The notes below the pieces were generated by a model, which worked only from the letters and a program-made list of their open reading frames with translations, was not told the DNA's origin and did not search any database. The position numbers were made by a program, and so were the translations under genes. A stretch of 61,781 bases of DNA, filler included, from Choristocarpus tenellus KU-1152 (Eukaryota; Protista; Phaeophyceae), in the NCBI GenBank assembly GCA_964200185.2. It is 8 parts of 8 records of this genome, joined end to end, with 100 filler letters (N's around TTAATTAATTAA, not from the genome) between each part and the next. Parts side by side here need not be neighbours in the genome. Positions count along the whole stretch, not along the records: positions 8,186 to 14,017 come from CAXNAD020009647.1; positions 14,118 to 16,978 come from CAXNAD020024142.1; positions 17,079 to 28,337 come from CAXNAD020002421.1; 5 more parts are not named here. The stretch is one strand, 5' to 3'. Positions 13,696-25,300 of this stretch are shown piece after piece (the stretch's first letter is position 1; every line of letters begins with the position of its first letter).

Positions 13696-13943
13696 GAAAA
13701 ACGATTTTGAATTCCATCTGCAATACCTACGGCGGCACTCGTAATTTTTGTAACTGTCAAGCTAAAAACAAATAATAATGTAATTCCCATCTGCACCACG
13801 AGCTCTGCACCCCTGTCTGTCCCCTGCGTTGACCTCCCTCGGTTACCCCCCTGTTCCTCCAAGACTTGGCCCATCATCGGCACCTACCTCCATTTGCTTC
13901 CCCACCTGTCCTTCCGCATCTCTTGTGCATGATCTCCAACCCA

Positions 13944-13985
<42 letters not shown>

Positions 13986-14017
13986 CCCGCACCACCCCCC
14001 CCCCCCCGCCGCGCCCC

Positions 14018-14117
14018 NNNNNNNNNNNNNNNNNNNNNNNNNNNNNNNNNNNNNNNNNNNNTTAATTAATTAANNNNNNNNNNNNNNNNNNNNNNNNNNN
14101 NNNNNNNNNNNNNNNNN
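14018..14117. other. Artificial contig linker
   Basis: Same N/TTAATTAATTAA/N spacer. Confidence 0.99.
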
Positions 14118-14473
14118 ACTGCAGACGGCATACCAAGACTGACCATGGTGATGGTGACAGGGGGGGGTGTCCAACAAGCTTTAACTTGGCATTGAGGTCA
14201 TGTGACCAATCCTCCTCTGAACGACTCAAACTCGTGCAATAAAACCTAACCCTAACCCTAACCCCCACAAAAAAAGCAATAGATGGTACAAGAGCTCAAC
14301 TATGCTGCACTCCCTCACCGAAATCATGTCCTACATTTCAGTCCCCAACCCAGCAACCCAGCCCATGCACACATCACACCATACACAATATATCAGTCAT
14401 CTTTTGCAGTCCGTCCACCCACCCACCCCTTGCCCAATTCATGGAGGAGTCATCATCTCGCCATGCAAAAAAA

Positions 14474-14908
14474 TCAACCCATGAGACATGTCGCCTGACC
14501 ATAGCGTTGAATGACCACCTTCGCAGGCGTCTGCTTCCAAGGTTCCCCATCAATCTGCATGTGGATAGTGTCCTTAATGCGTAACTCCACCTCAACTGCC
14601 TGCAGCGGGAGGACAAGAACGGCGTTCGTTAGTGAGTAAGTCAAGTCCTTTTTTGATTACTTGCATGTGCTGGTTGGTTGCTTTTTGAGTACTTTTCACA
14701 GCAGATTTTGGTTGCTATTTCATAGACGCCAACCCAACTTATGGTTGTGTAACTGTGAATGTCTTGTGCCTGCCAGTACGGTGTTAATTTATTCATTTCT
14801 GACATGGGTGTCGACCACTGGTGACACAGTACATAGGCATGCCCCATCACACAACAACAGTTACACACACCACCCAAACAACCTAACCCAGCCCACCAAA
14901 GAAAATAA

Positions 14909-14940
<32 letters not shown>

Positions 14941-16978
14941 GGAAAATGCCTTAACTAATCGCATGAACATAGCAAGGTGCAGCATGCAACCTTTCCCAAG
15001 CAATATTTCCCAAACACCTCAATGCCTCAACACACACCTGAGTGATGCGCTTTGCCCGAACCCCAGCCTTGTTGAGGCTCATGATGCAGCCTAGATTATA
15101 AATGTTATTTATGCCAACTATCTCCAGCATTCCTAGTTTACGTGGATGAGTGGGGGGGGGGGGGGAGGGGGAGAAGGAGAGGTCGAGATTTGGACATAGG
15201 AAACACAAAAAGTGTGGGAGGGAGACATGGAAAAGAGTTATCTGACGTAGGCGAATTACACAGTTGAGTGTCATCATGCACACAGATGACAACACTATAC
15301 ACAAGATGTGAGGGGGCTTCCAACAAGGTGACAGGTGACTGTAACACTGCAGGTGACTGTAACACTGCAAAGGTCCATCGAACTCTTTGTGCACATGAAC
15401 AGCCTCAATCCGTCGAGGACAGCTCTACCATGCTGTTGAAACAACACCCGCAGCAAACACCATAAAACCCTAACCCTGACAACCAAACTATCTATTCTGT
15501 GAAAAGATGAGCACTGACAAAGTGTAAGCGAAGCGAGTCTTGGAGGAGGGAGGGCTTCAACAAAAATGACAAGGCTGTGCGAAGGGCATCGTGCTGTTGC
15601 ACCAGCACGATCTGCTCTCGCCCTCCTTGTTGCACCCCTTGAGAGTAGAGAAGGTGGGGTACTCTCTGGGATATAGGACCGGAGGAAGCTTCCACTTCTG
15701 CTGCTGCTCAAGGCACTAAGGTAATGAGCTCAACCCCAGGCTCCAGTCCCTCCATCTCGTTTTGATCCCCCCTCTGTTTACCTTGTCATGATCCTCCTCA
15801 AACAAAAGGATACACTCACTTGACCCTATACTATCATATCCGATCCCACTATCCCCAAAATCTACTTTACGTAATCATATCCGGTGTTCTCAGAATCCCC
15901 AGGTACACCCAAGGCTGTGAAAATGCTATGCATAACATAAAGGATACTTCTAGGAAATTGATTGGTTCAATGATGCACACCAGTTCAATACAGATATTGA
16001 TGCAATGATGATGTAGGACATGCATATGCACATGTCCTTTAGAAAAAAGTCACTGACATCATGTAAGATAGGACACGTGGTTAAAAATAATAAAGAGCTA
16101 ACAATAGAGATAAATGCATAAACACATACACATATCTGCAACTTTCCACCAAAGCAATGGCATCAAGAGATGACCATTGCAGAGCTCAGTATCAAACTCC
16201 AGTCTCAAGACTCAGCCTCCCCGCCCCGCCCTCACCATCATTTGGAGAGGCTGGCTTTCCCTTAGAGCCCCCCCAGAGGTTCCTCCCCCCTGTAGGAAAG
16301 AATACAGCAAGCAACCAGGGTCATGGCAGGTTAAAGGACAAATACATAGCTACGACAATACACATTTACATAAAGCACACACAGAGACAGGCAAGCGCAT
16401 CCAAAGTTCAAAGCACACAATATTGGCAAGACATCACATCACGGTTTTGAATGAGTGCAGGGGGTCACACACAGAACTGGGCAAAGGCAGGGGGTTTGAT
16501 TTATTTCCTTCTGCCTCATATTATCATCATTATTATTATCCCAAGAAACTCTGTTTACTCCACCCTCCACCCCCCAGCTCCCTACCTCCATAGCTCTGCA
16601 GATTGAGCACAATGACCCCTCTCAGACCCTTTCCCAGCTCCACCTCCTCCCACTCCCCTCCCACCTCTGTCCTAACACGCATGTCCAAGTAACGCTTGAC
16701 TGAGGGTGGCGAAGTCGCCCCACACGGCACACCACCAGCTGCTGGGAAACCCTTGCGCACGTACCACAATTGGTTTCTGCATAGCAGTTGGGGGGGGGTG
16801 GACTATGGCGATGATGACAACAAGGGGAAGAGAACCACCATGCAGTGAATGCGTCACATACCTACTTCAGCAATATGCTGGTACACAAGAATATGCTCCC
16901 TCCCACCCCCCCCCCCCCCCACCCTCAAAAAACAGACCTGAGACGACTGGTGAACAGTTCTGGGTGCTCCTCCCTATG
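14474..16978 (-). CDS. DGK: Diacylglycerol kinase, accessory domain (3' part)
   Basis: Exons 16978-16938, 16776-16586, 16289-16236, 15132-15038 and 14599-14474 join in phase: HREEHPELFTSRLRNQLWY, LNLQSYGGGRNLWG, NDGMLEIVG, MQIDGEPW. The final stop position is less certain. Confidence 0.92.
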
Positions 16979-17078
16979 NNNNNNNNNNNNNNNNNNNNNN
17001 NNNNNNNNNNNNNNNNNNNNNNTTAATTAATTAANNNNNNNNNNNNNNNNNNNNNNNNNNNNNNNNNNNNNNNNNNNN
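16979..17078. other. Artificial contig linker
   Basis: Same spacer. Confidence 0.99.
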
Positions 17079-18556
17079 CCCCCCCCCCCCCCCCCCCCCC
17101 TTCCCCTTCCTCCTCTGTTCTCATTTGTCAAGCCAACCAAACTTTGTTGGGAATGTGAAGAAACGCACAGATCGCTACTCCATATTATTTTTATTTTAGT
17201 CTCTTTTGCATGGAGGCTATCTTGACAAGTGGTCAGAGGCGCTACACACTGCACTTCTTCCCACACCATCTAATTGTCGCACTATGGCTCTTTTGTACTG
17301 GCTCTATTCACGCCTTCCTTATAACACGATGGGTTCAGTTATCCTACCGCTTAGAATCTTGAGGTGAACCTGCCTCAGTGTCACTCCGGAAAATGAAGCC
17401 TTGTCAACTCTTTTTCGGGTTTCCCGCGTTTTCGTGTAGTTACAGATATTATAGTGAATGTGCATAATCTCTAGTGCTAGCCATGTGGACTTTAGATATT
17501 TGAAACCAGACTTTTCTGAGAAGTGTAGAAATCTGATGCCAAGAAGGGCCCGAATCTGTGATATTTATTTAGGAATCACTGTTCATTTTACTTATATGAG
17601 CTACAATGACACAGTGCATCTCTTTGGGAACGTGGTGAGGAGTAGAGAGGAGATGATAGTGTAGTTTAGGGAACACGGGGTGTAGATAAGGAGATGATTG
17701 AGATGGTGTTGCTAGTGGTGCTTACACTCACTAATTATAACTGACATTTTTTATGATATTGTGGATGGACTCCTGCAGGACCATGCCCTCTAAACTCGTA
17801 GTTTTTTCACATCTTCCAAGGAGTGCGTTTAATGATAGCTATGGTGAGGTTTTATTGGGGCAAGTGTGCTGTAGTGTGCTGTAGTGTGTTGCAAATTGTT
17901 GAATGTGTAAGAAAGAACATTAGGTATTGTAGTAGTAGTTGAAGTGAGTTAACTCTGGCGTCAGGTGGAGTGTCTCTGAGGCTGTACCTTTTGATTGTTT
18001 CTATGACCAATTGTAGTGTAGCTTGAGTTATAGAGAAAGCTCCGGTTTTTGCAGGGATATTAAGGGCTTGAATGGGTTTCTTTCTGGGCCATTGACTTTT
18101 GCAATGGTCTGATCATGTTTTTAGATATATTGACTGAATGAAGGTGAGGTGATGTGAGTCCTTGTTATGTATGCAGTGTGCAGAAGTGGGTTCTATCATT
18201 TACGTTCATGTGTTGGTAAATCGTCACTGGACTTGATCAAACTGAGGTAGGGGTATCGTAGAGCCCAACATGAGATAACTTTGATGCCTCAAAAGGAATA
18301 TGAAGTGAAATAATTCCTCCTTCGAAATTGTTTGGATTATCATGTGCTCAGAGGTACTGGAAACTAGTCAGGTACTGATTGGAGGGGATATCATAAACGA
18401 AACTGAAGGAGGATAGCATTTGTAATATTGACATTAGATCATGAGCTGAATGAATGAATCGCATCCTGGTGAGGAAACCTTAGTGTCTTCAAGTCATCAA
18501 AATATTTCTTGCCTTGTCACATCCTTGCTAATGCTGTCCACTACTATTTACCACAG

Positions 18557-19128
18557 ATGAAAGATGTAGCTGGTCATCTCAAGTCATTGGTTAGACTGAT
18601 GAAGACAGCTCTGCAGGATGCCAAGAATGTCTTCCAGGCAAGGCAAAAACGAAATACCTTCATGCATCACTGGAACCTATGTACTAGGAGTACAATATTT
18701 GCCCCTGGGCAATGAAAAAGAAACCTTGTTCTCAACATGATTTGACCTCTAAGTTTGCAAGACCTTACTCATCCTTGGCCTAGGTTTGGGGTGAGGATTG
18801 AGAAACCAGGGGCATTGTACAAAACACAATATTTGATCAAATAAGATAGCCTACATGTGAGCTGTAGCCAATAAGATGCACTCACCTAGCCTATTTCATT
18901 CACTATGTAGTAGTCCTTTCTCATGTGTGTTTTCATTACCGATGAACTTCTTCCCTAACCCTAACCCTAACCCTAACCCTAACAGACATACGGCGCACAG
19001 TCATCTGTTGAGTGGAAGACCAGAGGGGAAGATGTGATGCATCTGTTGGACTTGCAGGCAGAGGCTCGGTGGCTCGACAAGATGGTTCACAAAGACCTTG
19101 GGATTTTCCTTAGGGCCTTCCTTGAGAG
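18557..19128 (+). CDS. Internal exons of unknown gene
   Basis: Exon 18557-18637 (GC donor CAG|gcaagg) joins in phase 0 to exon 18986-19128 (AG|gtgcga). Other exons are unresolved. Confidence 0.45.
18954..18983 (+). repeat. Interstitial telomeric (CCCTAA)n abutting a 3' splice site
   Basis: About 5 units running directly into CAG at 18983-18985. Confidence 0.9.
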
Positions 19129-20524
19129 GTGCGATTGGTCTAAGATATTTATTTGGTCTAAGGAAACGGTTCTAGTTTTATCAGTACTCTATTCTATGAT
19201 AAAATTACGATTTGTTAATGGACTTTTACCCATGCTGTTAAGAATATGCTTTTTATTCATATGCAAAATATGATTCTGTGGGAGAAACATCACATGCTTT
19301 CTTAGTTTGTTGTGCTTTTGGGATGATGTTCATGTGGTGGGTATGCGGCATTAACTACTCTCTTTTGGTGCAACAGATGGGTTTGATCGTGAAGTGATAA
19401 GTTGGGTTCAGTTCATCAACTCTTATCACTCTCTGTCATCTTTGTTGGCGGAAAACAGATAAAGATACCCTGAATATGAAAAGGTTTTGGCGTGGTGATC
19501 AAAAAAACAAAAGTTTCATGTTCAATTGAGTCAAAAAACGTTTGTGCCTTGGCTTTGGCCCAGTCAGTAATCGACCTGTTTTTGTGTACGCTCCCCTTGC
19601 CAACACCATGCCCACCTCCACACCACTACAATCTTCACGATATAGCCAGCTTTGGACTACAAGACCAAAACTCCCCTAACCCTAACTCAAATACCTTGCT
19701 TCACATTAACTTCGACACTTCTTGTATGCCTCCAGGGGTGCCGTACCAAACCTGACCTTGGAAGGGATTCTTGATCTCAACACAGCAGTGTACTCTATCT
19801 CAAGCTTGCAGAAGGCACTGCTTAAGTTGAGTCATGCCGTGGCAGTGGTGCTGGACAGGGAATCCTTTGCCTTCCACTATCGCTGAAGCATGTGCAGGGT
19901 CTACTTGTGACGCCAACTCCAGACCCATGAACCTGTCCCCTTTTGTTCTTGAATCCTTGAGTGGTAAATTTGATGTGTGTTTGTACAAATAACCTTCACT
20001 CATGCCAGTGTCTTGGTAACACCAGTGTGATGTCTTTTTTGGGGTAGGTTCGTGTTGTATTTAACCAGGCTTTTGCTTTTGATGTTTTTACGGTGTTCTA
20101 ATAATACTTCGTACTGATTCAGAGTAATTAGGAAGTTCTATTATACTTCACTCAAGTGCATCATAAAATTTCAGAGGGTTAGGGTTAGGGATATCTTGAT
20201 ACGGGTTACGCTATCCAAAATAAAATACAAGATTGCATGAGGCAGTTGGCAGACACCTCTTAAGGGCACGCTGATCAAGGGTACTTTTGGGGAATGCGTG
20301 ATGTACGTAAGACATATTGAGTGTCGATATATTTTCAACAGTTTGTAGTTGTGACATAAGGTACATGTTTATATTGATGTAAGGTTGGCGCCATCTGTCA
20401 CGAGGTGGTCCTTAATTGTATACTTTCAAGAGGTTTGTAATGATAGGGTTGCGATCCTGCATGGGGATGATTGTCCAATTAACAAATAGCTCCACTATTA
20501 CTACAAGCTATCACCAAGGTGCTA

Positions 20525-22057
20525 CTATGAGGAAAAACATGCCAACCCACAGAGGTACTCCTCCAGCTTGCTGTCAAACGCTGGCAATCGAATAAGGTTC
20601 CCATCTCCTGGACTATATTGAGGGTGCTTGACTACATATTCTACATATATATTGGAATAGAGGTACTCCAGATTTGAGTGCAGGTTGCCAGCATTGTTGT
20701 CTGTGTTGAGGATAAAGCGTAGGCCACTGCCAGTCTCCAGGTGATGCAAGGTATAAGAGTCGGTCTTTAGTGCATGCAAGGCTGCCATGCTTGGGTCCTG
20801 GGACATCTTTGTGACCAGCTCCTGCAGGATAACGTAGAACAGAGGTAGTTACTCTTCGAGTTAAGAGAAAGTGAGGACAGGCCTTGGAAGAGGGTTAGTG
20901 TTAGGGTTACTCATAAAAGGCGAAAGGTTTGATGTAAGAAAGGATTACCATCATGCACAGCAATCTTAAGATTCATCTTATCAATATCCTAAGAATTCCT
21001 GATTCACTGTACTGTGCAGTATCTAGTTATTACTTGAGAAAGAGAGGGTGAATAATGAATTGGCGATAAAAACCTGGAGAATGTCATGTCAAGTCCCACT
21101 AGACTGAAGATGTTCACTTCTTAATACTGTGAAGTGTAAAATTATAAAGAGAAGCATTGATAGTATTTCAGAGTTCAAATATGTATCAATTTGCAAGTAC
21201 AGGTTTTGAGGTTGAAAACATATCTTGTCACAGCCAACATACCTTTCCGCTGAGTTTTGAATTACTAGTGTTCCCATCAGAAGGAGTGAAGGCATGTCAA
21301 TAGAAAAGCACACACAGGGTAATGAAAAAGCTGATATTAGTACATATTAGCAACACTAACACTACTCCTACAATGAAATATATCAGTGGGAAGTGGATGG
21401 CTTCCTGTCACTATGGATACTCAACTTACAGAGCGATCCAAGAATTAGGGGTACGTGCCTTTATGGAGTAGAGCATACCGAACATCAACCTTTGCTCCTC
21501 CAGCTGGTCATCCTCCAGGGTATTTTGCGGTCGGTTCCACTCTCGGTAGTACAGGCACTTACCCTGCAAGATCCATATCGAGGAAGTTAGACCGAGTTGG
21601 CAGACTTATGACAAATTACAGCGAAAGTATGATTGTGGAATGCATGTGGGAGTGCACTGACATGGCACAAAACGTTCTTTACCTTTGAGCAGTATAGGCT
21701 CGACACCCATGAAAGAACCTCACTGCCAGAATAACGAACCGGTCTTCCACACAAGGTTTAAACAATACTATGTTGGTCATAATCCTCGTGAAGATTCGAT
21801 GGTAAGTCTCACGATGTTCGATTTCAAGTACAAAATGGTGGGCCAAGGACCTGGGAAGAACTTTCGTACAAAGCGGTCTGGGGTGGGGGAATAAGGCACT
21901 TGATACGATGGTGGGGATAGGGAATCCAATGGTCTCCAATACAAAGCTGCAGGTGGCAAGGAGGAATTGCAGGCCAAAAAATAGTGGATACGTACCACAA
22001 CTGGGATGCTGATTGAACCCTCACCTTGCGGTTGAAGATATACAAGTTGTAAATCAT
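20525..22057 (-). CDS. TRAPPC1: TRAPP complex subunit 1 (BET5), complete, 144 aa
   Basis: Exons 22057-22025, 21563-21459 and 20821-20525: MIYNLYIFNRKGKCLYYREW, LMFGMLYSIK, YTLHHLETGSGLRFILNTD, IYVEYVVKHP. Intron 2 is GC-AG. Confidence 0.95.
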
Positions 22058-22396
22058 AATGTTGTGGATCTACCTGTGGGTCTACCGCCCACAACCTCCC
22101 TTCCTCTCTTCAGCCTTGGTGTGTGCCACTTGTTAGGTTACCCAAAGTTTCTTTGAGGACGGTACCACTCCAATGATTTGGAAAATATCAATGGACAGTG
22201 ACCTGAATTAGATAGAAAATTCGAACAGGTAGCAAGCTTTGTCTTTAGACCCAAGCTTTGGCGCACAGTTTCAGCTGCCAAGTTAGCGAAGTTGATGCAG
22301 ACCAAACTCTAATACAACTTCCAACTCAAAAGGTAGAGAAAACGCCTCCGAACTCTTTGTGTACAACAAAGATTTCAAACTGAACTTGGTAACTAG

Positions 22397-25300
22397 GTGA
22401 TGTGATGATTGAATCAAGGGTTGGGTTGGAAGGAGGACGAAAGGTAGATTTGAGGAAGTTTCCCGCTGGTCAAGATCGAAAAATTTCGATGCTGGAGACA
22501 GAAGAGGACGACAACTTGTCGAACTGGGACTCTGGTGAGACACCCTCAAACACACAAAGGGTTGAACATCTCTCGACTAGAACGCACACACCAAGGCGGA
22601 GTCGAGCTGCAAAGCCAGCAGGTAATCGATATAAGGATGATCATCCCCAAGGCGGGAGTCGCGATCCATGCACTACTAAGGGACGGCAGCCTTGTCCGGT
22701 TGTGAAACCCTCGCCTGATGAGGGCAGGCCGGTGACCGTTGCCCGGAACGGTCCGAAGAACGGCAGATCGCCAACGAACCATGCGAAGGTGGGTAAGCGA
22801 CCTGCCTGGAACCTCTCCACCAAACCAAAACAAAACCTGACCACCACAGGGGAACCACTCAGGAAAAACTCCATTACTACCGGTGTACGGGGCTCGGAAC
22901 GGTCCTTAAATCGCCGGCGCCCAAGGTCCGGACAGGAACGGGGCATGACAAAGGAGAACAATGCCAGCCAGCAAGACCCTGCCGCCCCTAGCCAGGAAGA
23001 AATCCGTCGCATGATTGAAAGAATACGCTGGCAAGCAAATGTGAAGTCAGTGGCAGAGGCTCGGTCTAGAGTTCAGCATCGCGAGGCCCTCGACGGAACG
23101 CCACTGCACCAGAAGGAAAGGTTTGGCGACCTTGACGATAGCGACAGGACAGACCGTAATGGAGGTACTTTGAGACAAGAGGAAGTCATTTCTGCTATGG
23201 CTGGTGATTTAGATGGAGTCGAGCAACAGGAGAAAGAATTGCAGGAAAAGGCCCACCAATTGGAGGTAAGGATCGCGTGTCGGTCGGTTGTGGTGATAGT
23301 AGCCGACATACGACAACTACACTTTTTGTCGCCATGTGGATTAAGTGGCTCCAATTAGTTTTGCAAAAAACTCTGGTTAAAAGAGTAACAACTACACATA
23401 TTCAGGTGGGTTATATCGTGACTGCATCGTCTACCTGCCTGAGTTATTGGAGTGATTTTGGTGGGAAGTTTGGTTGCTACTTCAAAAAATTGGTGACTGC
23501 AACATACTATTGAACACTCTCTAGCAGTGTTGGAGTGTGGAGCCTTTACTGCGTTACTGACAGTGGACCAAATGTGCCGTAGATTATGTTGTGCTGACAC
23601 CATAAAATGATATCACCAATGACCATTGTGAAAGTATATTGAGACTGAGGATCTCACTACGGCACATTAGGTGGAGTTCCAGCATTGTCCTTTGCATTGA
23701 AGTATATTTCGAGTAAGGGTCTAGGAATACTCTCCTATCGTTTTTTAAGTGCAATCTATAGAATAGAGTCACAGCAAGAGGTCCACGTCTTCTGCCCAGG
23801 TCAGCTATTATTTTTTGCAACAAGATCTAGGGCTAGGGTTGGGGCATCACAATAGACCCTGCGGTAAAGGAATATTTTTCGTTCAATCACTAATACTCTA
23901 CCTAATGCTTGCTCACTGCTCGACCCTTCCGGGCTCTGTAGATGAGCACCTGGGCTTGTTGTTAATGTTTAGGTTAAGGTTCGAGTGATGCCAAAATTGA
24001 GGAGTAGGGGAAACTGATCAAGAGACAAAATTTGCACCAATGGAATAAACTTGATAGAATAGCCTATGTTGTTGTGGTAAAATATAATCTGAGGTAATAT
24101 GGTTTGAAATATCACATTGATCTAATACAATGTGTTCGCTCTGCACCCTTCAGGTCCTCTCTTTTGTTGCTGTTGATGACAGCGTCAGTCCTTATCAATC
24201 TGATGCAATATTTCTCTTTGATTTTGATTAGAATCACACCCTACACTGATGTGAAGTAGGGTTAGGGTTTTAGTTTTTGATGGTATCGCTCCTATGTAGA
24301 TACTTAGGGTTAGGGTTAGGGTTAGGAATGTCAAGACCATTTGCTCTAGTATTCATATTCAAGGTTTTGTTAGTATATTATTATTGGCGTTATGCATTTT
24401 GCCTATTTATAATACAAAATGATAACACAATAATTCTTATTGATAATGTGATAGTGCATATTGATAACATGATAATTCATGATTATAATGCGATAATTCA
24501 TTTTGATAACGTGATAATACATATTGATAGCGTAATTAATACCCCTTTCTCCCACTGCAAAATCATTTCCTTTGGCAAACCTATTGCTGCACCACATCAT
24601 TCTGCCACATTGGTGATCTGATCATTGATTACAACCTCAGTCCGAATTGTGGGCATTGAGGAAACGCCAGCATGAGGTCAACCTTGTCAAGATGGAGCAG
24701 AGATTGAGAGGTGAAGTTAACCGCCCTTTGCTTTTGTGTTTCCTCTGGTATGTAGCAATCCATTGACAGCATATAGGCTGTGAATTGTAACTCAAATATG
24801 TATTAATCTTCTGTGTTTTGAAGCCATGAGTCTATCGAGTCTGACATTGCCTTATACGATGAGTTGAGACAAGGTAATTATGAATACAATGCTAGCAAGC
24901 CATTTTTCATTGTGGGTTTTTAGGGTTAGGGTTGGCTAACCCAAGAGGGACCTCAGTAGTAGGTACAGGAAGGAGGTTGGACAGATTTGTTATGAGGTTG
25001 GGAATGAGCTGGGCAGGAGGCAGGGTTTTTGGATACTACACTTTTGATGTGATTGTGTGTCATACTGGTCTTATCGTGCACCTGGTCTCAAGTGTGCAAC
25101 TGTTACCGGACACAATTAGTGTATGTGAAGGGTGTTGAAACACAAATCAGCACTGTAAATGCTGACACGCATATCTAGACATATTTGTTGACAAAGTCAG
25201 TAGTATTGATATATCAGCACCTCTTGAACCTCCGCAAGCTACGTAATGACAGGGGTTAGGGTTAGGGTTAGTAGTGTCAACCTCTGTTCAGGAGTAGGTG

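Noticed and set aside
14244-14265. Telomeric repeats near a contig end as a true telomere
   Set aside because: Only three units, with unique sequence on both sides.
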